Origin: a virus
Taxonomy: Duplodnaviria > Caudoviricetes
Direction: 5' to 3' (one strand)
Virus record (IMG/VR): IMGVR_UViG_3300033487_000326
Span: 1 to 43,492 of that record
Length of the DNA stretch: 43,492 nt
How positions within the stretch are numbered: position 1 is the stretch's first letter; each line of letters begins with the position of its first letter. The translations under genes were made by a program, and so were the position numbers. The notes beneath the pieces are model-generated. The model had not been told where the DNA came from, ran no database searches, and saw nothing but the letters and a program-made list of their open reading frames with translations. Positions 1 to 9,434 of this stretch are shown here, one piece after another.

Positions 1-1490
1 AAGTCCCTAAGGATGGGGATTGTGATAAATGCATTGTAAACCATAAACAAAAACATCAACGTGAAATTCAAAGGATTATATCCCTGATACAATCTTAAGA
101 TAAACAAACTAAATAATAATATTTGTGGTCCAATACATAAGACCATAAATAAAACTTTAAAAGACTCATACCTATTAGACTTCGCATTCTTATCTCCCGT
201 AGGAACCCACGCTTCGAGAGTATTAAACAAATAATCCCTTAAAGCATATAAATGAGAAAAATAAGAAACTTGTCTTGATCTTTGAATATAAAATCCGAAT
301 GGACACTTTAACCACCAAGCCATGAACAATGTTCCGTAAATAAAACTTGGTACGCTAAACAAAAGATTAAACCAATGCATCTTATCTGGACAAACAGAAA
401 GGATAAATATGCTTGGAATTGGGGAAAACAAAACAGATACTCCTGTGCTCAAATAATAAAAAATCCCATTCGCATAACAAAGCCTTTGCATGAATGATAT
501 GTTTGCAGTCCAAAACTCCTTACTAAAAAACAAGGATATAGAACCCATTGACCATCTCATTTGCTGAACAAAGAAACTTTTTAGATCATCAGGACATATG
601 CCCTTTGCGAGATTTATTGGAATATAAAAGACTCTCCAACCAGAAGAGATAAGCATGAAAGATGTCCTCATGTCCTCAGAATATGGAATAGGGGCAGTTC
701 CACCAAATGGCTCAAGTGCCTTTCTTCGATATAAGGCATTTGTCCCGACACAAATACTAGCGTTAAATGTGTCTCTAGAGGTTTGCATCAAACGATAAAA
801 AAGTTCTTGAACCGCGGAAGCCCCCTTGCCGATCCAAGTTCTGTGATTTTCAACTGTGAAATACTGTGGAGACTGAACGATTGCACACTTTTCGTATTCA
901 AACATATAAGGCAAAAGTTCGATCAGCATATCTTTTCTGGGAGCGAAGTCAGCGTCTAAAATTAATATAAATTCACCAGAAGTTAATGGGAAAGCGTTAC
1001 GTAAATTTCCAGCTTTCTTGAGTTCATTACCTTCTCTTCGTATATATCGATAATGATATTTATCGGCCAGTCTCTCGATAACGTCACTTTTACCATCGTC
1101 CAAAACATATATCTTAATTTGAGGATGAGCTTGTTTGAGTTGATAAACGTAAATCCAAGTATTTTCTATAACATCTACAGGCTCACCACAAACAGGCAAA
1201 TAAATATCGACAGATGCTTCTTCCGATCGATCTAACCACTTGGCGCATATTCTTTGATGATTTTTGAAGTTAAATGGTTTTCCAAGGAAGCCAACGATGT
1301 AAGAAAGCAACAAATAGAAAGCCGTTAATAATACGAATAAACCATACGCCCAGGCGCTAGGATTATAGTAAACAAACAAGATGTTTCCGCTAAGAAGACA
1401 CGCTGTAGAAAAAAATCCGAAGGTATATAAGGACCATCGACCTTGATCTAAGTAAAGATGCTTCTCAGCGTTTGATGGCGCTGAGTGCAT
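1..1490 (-). CDS. Cellulose-synthase-like processive GT2 membrane glycosyltransferase (3' end runs off window)
   Basis: Not in the ORF track; translated by hand from ATG 1490 (MHSAPSNAEKHLYLDQ...). Two N-terminal TM segments, then VDIYLP, VLDDG, KKAGN, LDADF, VQSPQYF, CVGTNALYRR, SED and QQMRW (D,D,D,QxxRW), then TM helices. Still open at base 1. Confidence 0.9.
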   Translation of the reverse strand, partial: MHSAPSNAEKHLYLDQGRWSLYTFGFFSTACLLSGNILFVYYNPSAWAYGLFVLLTAFYLLLSYIVGFLGKPFNFKNHQRICAKWLDRSEEASVDIYLPVCGEPVDVIENTWIYVYQLKQAHPQIKIYVLDDGKSDVIERLADKYHYRYIRREGNELKKAGNLRNAFPLTSGEFILILDADFAPRKDMLIELLPYMFEYEKCAIVQSPQYFTVENHRTWIGKGASAVQELFYRLMQTSRDTFNASICVGTNALYRRKALEPFGGTAPIPYSEDMRTSFMLISSGWRVFYIPINLAKGICPDDLKSFFVQQMRWSMGSISLFFSKEFWTANISFMQRLCYANGIFYYLSTGVSVLFSPIPSIFILSVCPDKMHWFNLLFSVPSFIYGTLFMAWWLKCPFGFYIQRSRQVSYFSHLYALRDYLFNTLEAWVPTGDKNAKSNRYESFKVLFMVLCIGPQILLFSLFILRLYQGYNPLNFTLMFLFMVYNAFITIPILRD

Positions 1491-1493
1491 GGG

Positions 1494-1838
1494 TTACCAC
1501 AATTTATAAGATAAGCTTACGTAGAATTTATTTCTAGATTCTTGAGCGGTGAAGTCCTCTTGCCACTCAAAACCAGGAGCAACTGTCCAGGCTTTTCCAA
1601 CTCCAACTTGTAATTCGTTTTTTAATACAAGCCAATGAGTGCTGTCTTTGTCTTCAAAGGGACGAGATCCATATCCAGTCCAAGAATTTAAAGCAACGTT
1701 TCTCATAAGAGGTTGCCAAACGGCTAACCCAACTTGAGGACGAACATTGCCGTCAGTGACATTTGTTTGAAGTTGAAGTTTTCCACTTCCAAAAGCGCTA
1801 GTTGAGAACAGGAGCATCGCTAACATTAGTTTTTTCAT
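1494..1838 (-). CDS. Small exported beta-rich protein, probable outer-membrane beta-barrel subunit
   Basis: Start reassigned to ATG 1838 (SD AAGGGGG). Signal peptide MKKLMLAMLLFSTSAFG, alternating beta-strand pattern, and C-terminal FYVSLSYKLW with a terminal aromatic (beta-signal-like). Confidence 0.6.
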   Translation of the reverse strand: MKKLMLAMLLFSTSAFGSGKLQLQTNVTDGNVRPQVGLAVWQPLMRNVALNSWTGYGSRPFEDKDSTHWLVLKNELQVGVGKAWTVAPGFEWQEDFTAQESRNKFYVSLSYKLW

Positions 1839-3135
1839 TATTTCCCCCTTTAGGAACATCTAAAAGCGTATAATCGTGAAACATCCACGTCATAGCCTTG
1901 TCATGCATTTCCATTGAAGTATTTCTTATAAAATCCAAAGCATCAAGCGATAACTTCACATATTTGGCCCTAAGAGAGAGGTCCTTTTCTTTAAAGGCTT
2001 TCTGTCTATAGGCTTGAGCAATGGCCATAATAGTTTCTGGACTATTTGGCTTTTTCTTTAATGCCAACTGAAGATATTTAATGGCTTCATCGTTTTTTTC
2101 ATATCTAGACATAATGTCACCGGCAAACATAAGGGCATCTGCAGAATTCGGACAAGCTTCAACCATAGACTTTATAAAAGTGTCTAGCTCGGCTCTGTTA
2201 TTATGAAAATGGTTTCTATTAATTTCATAGTGATGAATCCATGCAGAGACGCAGTTTCGATATAGTTCGATTGCCTTTTTAGACTCATGTTGTTGTAAGT
2301 GGATCCAGACATCCTTTGCTTTGCGCATAAACTCGACGCCATCGGCAACGCTCCATTGTGGTTTTGCCATGCTTGAGTCACCCTTTTTAAGAATATAGGT
2401 GTTTCCGTAGACCTCATCGTTTTTATAAACAACCTCTAATCCGGCTCTATGAATGATCCACTCGAGATGCTTTTCGCTCCACGCATTGATATGATCTGGA
2501 TGCCAATAATATTCTAAATCAAAACTATTAACTCCGTCGCAATGCATTGCTTTAAACCACACGGGAGCAGATAAATAAAACACACCGTCATCTTTTAAAC
2601 AGTCGGCATATTTTTTAAGCATTATGTCTGGATCGAGTTGGTGCTCAAGAACGTGATAAGAAGCAATAAGATCATACTTTTTAGTAAAATCAAAATCTTC
2701 CTCTAGTCGAATACCATACTCAAAAAAAGCAACTTTTATATAAGTACTTGTTAATTCTGTTCCGTTAATATCAGCTTGTGGAAATTTTTGTTTACAGAAG
2801 TTTAAAAACATCCCAATAGCCGACCCGACTTCACCAATAACCGGACGATCAATTCCTTGTTCTTTCCATCCATTAAACAATGGAGTTAAGAAAAAATCAT
2901 GATACTGAACTTTTCTCTCTCCTGTTTTTACAGACTTCGCGTCCGGAACGGACCTGTAGTTTTTTCGGTAGTACTCTTTTATTTCTTCTTCTGTTTTATA
3001 TTTTTCTGGATAAGAAACAAAGGAGCATGTCTGGCACATGTGTGTTCCTTCTGGTTTGATTCTATATTGATCAACATTTTTCCAGTTACCTACTGTTTCG
3101 CATACTGGGCATCTGAAGCTTTTAACTTTACTCAT
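1798..3135 (-). CDS. Class I SAM-dependent methyltransferase with N-terminal Zn site and C-terminal TPR-like repeats
   Basis: CPVC...CQTC, EVGSAIG motif I, YDLIASYHVLEH, LKDDGVFYLSAP, HPDHI (sugar-methyltransferase-like). Helical TPR-like C-terminus (ALMFAGDIM...AIKYLQLALKKKPNS). Confidence 0.8.
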   Translation of the reverse strand: MSKVKSFRCPVCETVGNWKNVDQYRIKPEGTHMCQTCSFVSYPEKYKTEEEIKEYYRKNYRSVPDAKSVKTGERKVQYHDFFLTPLFNGWKEQGIDRPVIGEVGSAIGMFLNFCKQKFPQADINGTELTSTYIKVAFFEYGIRLEEDFDFTKKYDLIASYHVLEHQLDPDIMLKKYADCLKDDGVFYLSAPVWFKAMHCDGVNSFDLEYYWHPDHINAWSEKHLEWIIHRAGLEVVYKNDEVYGNTYILKKGDSSMAKPQWSVADGVEFMRKAKDVWIHLQQHESKKAIELYRNCVSAWIHHYEINRNHFHNNRAELDTFIKSMVEACPNSADALMFAGDIMSRYEKNDEAIKYLQLALKKKPNSPETIMAIAQAYRQKAFKEKDLSLRAKYVKLSLDALDFIRNTSMEMHDKAMTWMFHDYTLLDVPKGGNNEKTNVSDAPVLN

Positions 3136-3947
3136 ATAATTCCCCTTATTTTATTTGTCTTATCTATAATTGATTTTAAAGTTTCAGGTGTCACGGCTTG
3201 ATCAGCGTCGCTCATGGATTTTTCTGGCTCTTCATGGCATTCGACAAGGAGACCATCTGCTCCGACGGCAACACCTGATAGCGCAATGCTCTCCACCAGA
3301 TCACGACGACCAGTCGAATGAGACGCGTCCCATATGACAGGAACTCTGCAAATTGAATTAATAGAAGCCACAACATGAGGAGTGGGAGTCCAACGAACGT
3401 CATTGTGATAAGTAGAAGAACCTCGCTCAATAATTGAAACATCTTTTACTCCTCCGGTTAGTAAATGCTCCACTGATCCAAGACACTCGTCAACCGTAGA
3501 GCCAGGATGTCTCTTTAAAAAAACAGGCTTTCCCCACTTTCCAAGTGTTCTTAATAGAGGGTAATGCTGCATCGCACGCGCCCCTACCTGAAATACGTCA
3601 CAATATTTAGCTAAAATTTCTAGCTGATCTGGCTGATATGAAATGACCTCAATAATGTTTTTTAAACCATTAGCCTTTGCAGCTTCGCTATATGACTTAA
3701 TTAGATGTTCATCTACATACCCATATTTAATAGTTCTGTTTGGATAAGTACCCGCACGATATACGCCACCACGTAGATAATTTGCTCCTGCTTCTTTAAC
3801 AATTTTAGCAATTCGATTTACTTGGTATTCAGACTCTACAGAACAGCTTCCACTAATTATTTTGAATTCATCATTAGGCGGTACATATGCTTTGACGTAA
3901 TCGTATGAAGGATTCGGACCCCAAATTCTTTTGTTTGAAAAGTCCAT
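3132..3947 (-). CDS. DAHP synthase I-beta / KDO8P synthase family enzyme (PEP-aldose aldolase) with atypical substrate loop
   Basis: GSCSVES, LRGG, QVGARAMQ, KPVFLKR, IERG, DASHSTG, GADGLLVECH, SDADQ. Confidence 0.88.
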   Translation of the reverse strand: MDFSNKRIWGPNPSYDYVKAYVPPNDEFKIISGSCSVESEYQVNRIAKIVKEAGANYLRGGVYRAGTYPNRTIKYGYVDEHLIKSYSEAAKANGLKNIIEVISYQPDQLEILAKYCDVFQVGARAMQHYPLLRTLGKWGKPVFLKRHPGSTVDECLGSVEHLLTGGVKDVSIIERGSSTYHNDVRWTPTPHVVASINSICRVPVIWDASHSTGRRDLVESIALSGVAVGADGLLVECHEEPEKSMSDADQAVTPETLKSIIDKTNKIRGII

Positions 3948-4342
3948 TAGAAATTACTCTTCCTAAGAAACATCTCAAATTCCCTATCCCTAAGTTGTTT
4001 CGCTTTTTTAGCATCCATCATATAGTCCATGCGTTTTCCTTTTGCATATTTAGGAATCACAATATCCCCTGGCATTGGATACTTTTGCCTAAGTATCCAT
4101 CTCATGCATCTTTCGAGATTTCTAATTCGTTTAATTACCCACAAATCTAATTTCTCAGAACCAAGTCCTTTTGAATTTATATCTGCAAGTCCGGCCTGAA
4201 GGCCATACCTCCATGCAGATAATTTCTCAACGCTACCTTTTGTGGCAGCCGTCTCGAGACAAGAGCGCCAGTGATCCTCAGTAAGTGTTGAATACATGGC
4301 TAAAACATCAAGAGCTGCGTACTTGCGTTTCCCCTGATTCAC
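3947..4342 (-). CDS. Hypothetical protein
   Basis: Coupled ORF within the operon; GTG 4342 is preceded by a GGGGG SD (the track starts it at 4354). Confidence 0.6.
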   Translation of the reverse strand: MNQGKRKYAALDVLAMYSTLTEDHWRSCLETAATKGSVEKLSAWRYGLQAGLADINSKGLGSEKLDLWVIKRIRNLERCMRWILRQKYPMPGDIVIPKYAKGKRMDYMMDAKKAKQLRDREFEMFLRKSNF

Positions 4343-5648
4343 TTGTTCCCCCAAGTATTTTGTTTTTTATTTTCTCTCGTTCTTTAATATTAGTTTTAGA
4401 CATTGAACTAGGAGTTTGTCGATAAACAAAAGTTGGTTTATTAAGATACCCAATCCTTACCTGTTCCTTGGCTCTTACCCATAAATCCAGACCTTCATAA
4501 TTTCTAAGTTTATCGGTGAACTTAATATGGTTTAGAGCGGAAGTTCTATATATAGTTCCGCCAGCATGATGATTTTCTTTTCCAAGCTGAATATTTTTTC
4601 GACCAACGCCGGCATAACAATTTGGATATACTGCGTCTAGAGATCTGGAATCAATCTCGTTAACTAAGTCAGAGACAGCAGTTTTGTTGGTAAAATAATC
4701 ATCAGCATCAAGACGAATTATATACTCTCCCTTTGCAAGGTTTAGCGCCCTATTAGAGCTTGATGAAAGGCCAACGTTAGATATGTTTTTATAATACTTT
4801 GTGTTTTTATAAGTCTGACAAAATTTTGACGCATGAAGTATTGTCTTATCTTGAGAGGCGTCATCAATAATCAAATACTCATAATTTTTAAAATTCTCCT
4901 GCATAGCAACAGATCCCATGGCTTCTTCAATCCATTTTTCTGCGTTATATGCGCATGTGTAGATCGTCACGTCGGGGAGTTTGTTTATGTTTTTAATCCA
5001 AGGATGCTCTTCGTAAAATGAGAATACATCGTCTATGGAACAATCAGGCCCAAGACTTGTAAACAACAAATCCATCATTTGAACATCTTCTGGATAGTCC
5101 ACCAAAAGCCTTAAGTCACAATCAAGCATCATCTCATAATTTAATTTATTTTCTGTTGTTGCCTTAATTGCATAGGATATGTGCTCAATGTTTTTACCAC
5201 CATATCTTTGAGCGGCCTTTTCTATGACATCAAAAGACATTATCTCAAATCCAGTCCCTGGAATAAAATCACTGGAATAAAGATAATCGAGACTCTTTCT
5301 TTTAAAGACGTCTAATAGAGAATTTAAAAGTACGTCAGAGACGAATATTTTATCGTGAGTAACTCTGATAATCGTGTCTATGTTGTTTTGCTTCGCGCAC
5401 GCGTGAATTCTACCAAGAGGATTGCTGTCGAATCCTGTAGATATGAAAACCTTGTTAGGATACTTCTCCATAAGAAACATGTAGTCGTTAACTTCTGGTG
5501 CAGGAACAGCCAAATATAGAGGTATATCGCTTTTTATAAGTCTCCTTACTAAGTGCTCTATGTGATAAATTTCTTGATACTTAATAAAGCATTTTCCAGG
5601 CACACGAGAAGAGTGTTTTCTTGAACAAAGAATTATAGCAGTACTCAT
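4308..5648 (-). CDS. Cytidylyltransferase (SpsF/NeuA/KdsB-like) fused to GT2 glycosyltransferase
   Basis: N-terminal CSRKHSSRVPGK, IIRVTHD, RLLVDYPED. C-terminal VTIYTCAYNAEKWI, IIDDAS, RLDADD. ATG 5648 overlaps the upstream stop (ATGA). Confidence 0.85.
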   Translation of the reverse strand: MSTAIILCSRKHSSRVPGKCFIKYQEIYHIEHLVRRLIKSDIPLYLAVPAPEVNDYMFLMEKYPNKVFISTGFDSNPLGRIHACAKQNNIDTIIRVTHDKIFVSDVLLNSLLDVFKRKSLDYLYSSDFIPGTGFEIMSFDVIEKAAQRYGGKNIEHISYAIKATTENKLNYEMMLDCDLRLLVDYPEDVQMMDLLFTSLGPDCSIDDVFSFYEEHPWIKNINKLPDVTIYTCAYNAEKWIEEAMGSVAMQENFKNYEYLIIDDASQDKTILHASKFCQTYKNTKYYKNISNVGLSSSSNRALNLAKGEYIIRLDADDYFTNKTAVSDLVNEIDSRSLDAVYPNCYAGVGRKNIQLGKENHHAGGTIYRTSALNHIKFTDKLRNYEGLDLWVRAKEQVRIGYLNKPTFVYRQTPSSMSKTNIKEREKIKNKILGGTSESGETQVRSS

Positions 5649-6595
5649 GAATCCCAAACTTTCTTAAAATTTTTATATGATTCAAAACTAGAACAGTTTC
5701 GACACGGATCTAAATTAAATGCGGACTTATCTTTTAAAGATTTTCTTATAGACTTGGCTTTTTCTGAATTCCAGATTTCTCTCAAACCCTGTTTATTACA
5801 ATCCCCTATTACAAGACGTGACCCAATGTCAGGACAGCAAACGTGGACTTTGCCGTCCCAATCGACCATAAGTCTTGCGTGGGCTTGGACGCATGTTTGT
5901 CTATTTTTTGCATCTCGCTTTTCAACAACAGTTTCTGATAGGTCTTTATTTGTTCTTCCTTCAACGACATCTCTGACTGAGACAACTGCCGAAGGGAATC
6001 TAGATTTAATTTCATGTTCTAAATCCTCATCTTTATTTAGTTGAGTTCGAACGGACTGAACGACAAATACATTATCGCGACCAGGGTAATTATAATACTT
6101 AGACATGTTTGCAAGTGTCTTTTCATAGTTAGAACCTTTTCTTTGTTTCTCAAAAATATCCTTACGAAAAGAATCAAAACTTACTTTGACTTTTGTTTGG
6201 TTGCAGAGCCCTCGAAAGATAGATTCTTTTTCGTAAGGAAAATTAAAATTAGAATTAGTAACTCGATCAATGAATGTAGATCCATGTGCTTCTTTTTTGG
6301 AAATACTGGTTATGTATTCAAATTCAGGATGCATCGTGGATTCCCCACGGTAGTTAAACTTAACAGAATGAACCCCTAAATCAGCGGCTTCGAATATAAT
6401 CTTTTGCGCTAGCAGTGTTTTCATGTACCCCTTTTTAAAAGGGAGTGTTGATCTGTCTGAGTGGTAACAATAGCCACAAGCATTAGTACAATACGAAGAG
6501 AGCTCGAGTGAAACATCTACTGGTTTAGAGAGATTTAAATATGGCGCGTAGTTATATTTAAAACGATATATCTGATAATTTAATTTTTGAAACAT
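5645..6595 (-). CDS. Radical SAM enzyme with SPASM/twitch domain
   Basis: CTNACGYC (CxxxCxxC), NYRGES; C-terminal CVQ...DGKVHVCC...IGD...EIWNS...CRNC. Confidence 0.9.
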   Translation of the reverse strand: MFQKLNYQIYRFKYNYAPYLNLSKPVDVSLELSSYCTNACGYCYHSDRSTLPFKKGYMKTLLAQKIIFEAADLGVHSVKFNYRGESTMHPEFEYITSISKKEAHGSTFIDRVTNSNFNFPYEKESIFRGLCNQTKVKVSFDSFRKDIFEKQRKGSNYEKTLANMSKYYNYPGRDNVFVVQSVRTQLNKDEDLEHEIKSRFPSAVVSVRDVVEGRTNKDLSETVVEKRDAKNRQTCVQAHARLMVDWDGKVHVCCPDIGSRLVIGDCNKQGLREIWNSEKAKSIRKSLKDKSAFNLDPCRNCSSFESYKNFKKVWDS

Positions 6596-6603
6596 ACCAT
6601 ATT

Positions 6604-6631
6604 AAGATATGTCCATTAGACTAAGGGTCAA
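6604..6631 (-). promoter_or_regulatory. Putative sigma70-like promoter for the sugar operon (likely leaderless)
   Basis: TTGACC-16 nt-TATCTT, 8 nt before ATG 6595; no SD. Confidence 0.4.
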
Positions 6632-7731
6632 GTGAGTTTTGTATGGTACAAAATAATAATTCCAGCTCCGCCTGACGCGCCAGATCCACCATTGTCTGGA
6701 GATCCGCCAGACCCGTGACCGGCTCCGCCGCCTCCACCAGCTCCGTATCCAGCGGCATTTGTATTTGCAGGAACGTTTCCGGTTGTTGTTCCATCTGTTC
6801 CTAGTCCGCCAACCCCATAACTTGAACCGCCGCCGCCGCCGCCTCCACCTTTTGATGCTCCACTACCACCGCCAGCACCACCAGAAGCATACCAAGGAGA
6901 CGCCTCTCCTACAGTTCCAGAGGCTTGGAAAGCTCCGCCTGATCCACCAATCAACATCATCGCGTTCATTCCAAATAAACCAGTTAATGCTCTTGCTGTC
7001 GGAGATCCTCCATTTGTTCCGGATCCTCCAACCCCTCCAGCCGCTCCAGGGACATAAATTAAAGTGGTAGATCCTCGCAAAATAGAACTTGCAGAACCAG
7101 AAACACCGTCTCCCCCGCCACCGCCTCCTGCGCTAGTTGTTGCTGCAGCCCCTGCCCCGCCTTGACCGACAGTAAGAGATAATACATCCCCTGCTGTAAC
7201 TTGAAATATTCTTGATAGCATCCAAGAACCGTTTCCACCAGATCCGCCTCCGCCGCCAGTAGTAGTTAGGCCGACACCACCACCTCCACCGCCCCCTGCG
7301 GCCCATGCTTCAACATGCAACTGTGTTATGCCAGCCGGAATAGTGAATGAAGCGTTTGCGGTATAAGTAAATGCAACAGTTGTTCTGGCAGAGGCTTCAA
7401 GACTTGCATTGGTCATTCCAGATGCTCCAATGTATGCCTTAGAAACTCCCTCGATTTGAAAATCAAATGCTCCAGTTGTATTTGAAGTATCACCCTTTAT
7501 GACAAGGGTTGCAGTAGTGGTAGAAGTTAATAGATCAACTTGAGTTACATAAACTCCAGCCCAGTAATGGTCTGGTGCGCCAAGATAATGAAGATTATTT
7601 GAAGCACTGGCCGTACTCTCATTTATTGGCAACAAATCCCCTCTATAATTAGAAAAGTTTTGATTTACCTGAGAGCTTCGAGCCTTGGTGTTTGGTTGGA
7701 ATGTATAGTAGGTAGTAATAGTACTTGGCAT
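6628..7731 (-). CDS. Glycine-rich tail fibre / receptor-binding protein
   Basis: N-terminal anchor-like FQPNTKARSSQVNQNF; FTIPAGITQLHVEAWAAGGGGGG...GGAGIIILY glycine-rich domain. Confidence 0.7.
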   Translation of the reverse strand: MPSTITTYYTFQPNTKARSSQVNQNFSNYRGDLLPINESTASASNNLHYLGAPDHYWAGVYVTQVDLLTSTTTATLVIKGDTSNTTGAFDFQIEGVSKAYIGASGMTNASLEASARTTVAFTYTANASFTIPAGITQLHVEAWAAGGGGGGGVGLTTTGGGGGSGGNGSWMLSRIFQVTAGDVLSLTVGQGGAGAAATTSAGGGGGGDGVSGSASSILRGSTTLIYVPGAAGGVGGSGTNGGSPTARALTGLFGMNAMMLIGGSGGAFQASGTVGEASPWYASGGAGGGSGASKGGGGGGGGSSYGVGGLGTDGTTTGNVPANTNAAGYGAGGGGGAGHGSGGSPDNGGSGASGGAGIIILYHTKLT

Positions 7732-7774
7732 AAAGTTAAGTTTACTCCTTCAAACATTTTAATCAATTAAGACC

Positions 7775-8467
7775 TTAGACTAGCTTCTTAAGGCTAAATC
7801 TAAAATCCTGCATATCGCAACTTAAAGATCCTCCAGGATCATTCTTTCTTCCTAAAGGTACCGCAATTTCATCATGCCCAACAACCCAGTCATAATCAAA
7901 CTCGGGATTAATATCTTTTTGCCATTTACAAAACTGCCACAATGAGTCTTCTTGTTCCTTAGTAAATTTATGATAATAACCTGGAAATTGGTTCATATTC
8001 ATTTCATGAACATATCTAACTTCGTCAGGGTAATATTCCTCACCAAACCAAGACGAGTATTTATCAACCTTACCAGCTAGGGCCAACTTGGGAGATAGTT
8101 TGCCAGCATTACATATCTCCATTCCCATACAATAGCTAGATATGCCTTTAGTCTTAATCCACTCTGAAGATCCACAGTGATAAGCTACGTCATCTAGGAA
8201 TTGATTTTGAGCTCGATATATCTTTCCATGGTCGTCCATTACAAGGCATCCAAGTCCTTTAAACGCTAAATTATTAAGAGTATTTATAGCGTCTTCACGG
8301 CCTTTTCTAGAGTGTCCAGCAGTAAAATGAACCACAAGACCTCTTGGTTGTCCGGTTTTTGTTTTATATTTTCCTTGGGTTTTGACTTGGACATTTACAG
8401 CCTCAATAATAGGAGGTCTTATTTTAGACACTATTCTTTCTGGTTCTTTATTTGTTCTGCAAATCAT
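7775..8467 (-). CDS. Endolysin, N-acetylmuramoyl-L-alanine amidase (Amidase_2)
   Basis: VVHFTAG, AYHCG, GMEI, VGHDEIA...RKNDPG Zn-amidase motifs. Confidence 0.88.
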   Translation of the reverse strand: MICRTNKEPERIVSKIRPPIIEAVNVQVKTQGKYKTKTGQPRGLVVHFTAGHSRKGREDAINTLNNLAFKGLGCLVMDDHGKIYRAQNQFLDDVAYHCGSSEWIKTKGISSYCMGMEICNAGKLSPKLALAGKVDKYSSWFGEEYYPDEVRYVHEMNMNQFPGYYHKFTKEQEDSLWQFCKWQKDINPEFDYDWVVGHDEIAVPLGRKNDPGGSLSCDMQDFRFSLKKLV

Positions 8468-8723
8468 TTTTACACTTATTTAATTCCCTATGAAGTATCT
8501 CATGGTGAGTGTTAATTCTAGAAGATGCTTCTGGTGAAACACACTGAAATCCGATCATATCTTTGATTTGCTTTTCTTCAATAGGACAAAGTTCTCTTGG
8601 AATACAAACTGTATTTTCTCTATCTACGATAATACGAGTTAAAACGAGCGGCTCTTCTATTCCATGCGAAGAAAGGCAACTAGTTAGGAAAAGACTCGCT
8701 AACATTAATTTTAGAGCTTTCAT
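8448..8723 (-). CDS. Lipoprotein, o-spanin-like
   Basis: Lipobox LTSC after a signal peptide; lies in the lysis cassette and overlaps the upstream TM gene. Confidence 0.55.
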   Translation of the reverse strand: MKALKLMLASLFLTSCLSSHGIEEPLVLTRIIVDRENTVCIPRELCPIEEKQIKDMIGFQCVSPEASSRINTHHEILHRELNKCKNDLQNK

Positions 8724-8955
8724 CGACTAACCTTTTTTGAAGTTCTGGAGGTACTGGTTTTCCCTCCGCAATAAGTTTTTTAATTTGCTCGGCAATCTCA
8801 TCAACCACTTTTGATTGATTGATACCGTCTTCATAAATAGATTTTCTTTTTTGATATTCAACGATGAACTGAAAGAGCCAAGAAATACCCTGACCTACCT
8901 TGTTTCCAAGATAGGTGATAATTGGTGTTATTATGGCCCCTACAATCCAACTCAT
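8680..8955 (-). CDS. Membrane-anchored protein, i-spanin- or holin-like
   Basis: Hydrophobic N-terminus plus helical charged tail; overlaps the lipoprotein gene. Confidence 0.45.
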   Translation of the reverse strand: MSWIVGAIITPIITYLGNKVGQGISWLFQFIVEYQKRKSIYEDGINQSKVVDEIAEQIKKLIAEGKPVPPELQKRLVDESSKINVSESFPN

Positions 8956-8956
8956 T

Positions 8957-9163
8957 TTATTCTTTTAGTTTAGCCAAAAGATCTCTCAAGGCATCTTCTA
9001 ATGCAGGAAGAGCCAACTGAAGAGCAGCATCATCAAACTTATTGTCTGTAGAAGCTACAAGAGCCTCTAATTTAGGCTTAACATATTCTTTTAGAGCAAT
9101 TTCTAAAAGAAGCTTTTCAAAATCTACACAGCTTAAAAGCTTTTTAAGTAGTTCGTTATTCAT
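8957..9163 (-). CDS. Hypothetical helical protein (lysis region)
   Basis: Tight packing; SD AAGGGGG. Confidence 0.65.
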   Translation of the reverse strand: MNNELLKKLLSCVDFEKLLLEIALKEYVKPKLEALVASTDNKFDDAALQLALPALEDALRDLLAKLKE

Positions 9164-9164
9164 A

Positions 9165-9434
9165 TTATTCCCCCTTGGTTTGGTTCTCTAACAATAGTTC
9201 TATACGATATGTACGCTTGTCAATTGACCGAAGTGTTCCTTGGACTTCTTCCTGAAACTTATCTTGTCCAGCACTTATATATTCAACCTTCTCTCTGATC
9301 TCCTTGGCATTAAGCTCAACTGTAGTCATCCATGCTGCAAGACCACACAGGGCTACAAACATTCCTATTAAGGCACCGTATGTGACCTTTATCGCCCTAT
9401 CTTCTGATATTTCTAAGATGAAGTCTTTTGACAT
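9165..9434 (-). CDS. Single-TM coiled-coil protein (holin/antiholin candidate)
   Basis: TM segment YGALIGMFVALCGLAAWM followed by a coiled coil. Confidence 0.5.
   Translation of the reverse strand: MSKDFILEISEDRAIKVTYGALIGMFVALCGLAAWMTTVELNAKEIREKVEYISAGQDKFQEEVQGTLRSIDKRTYRIELLLENQTKGE

Noticed and set aside
3132-3947. aroF-type auxiliary metabolic gene for aromatic amino acids
   Set aside because: KPRT motif lost, no other shikimate genes, and the context is sugar activation and transfer.
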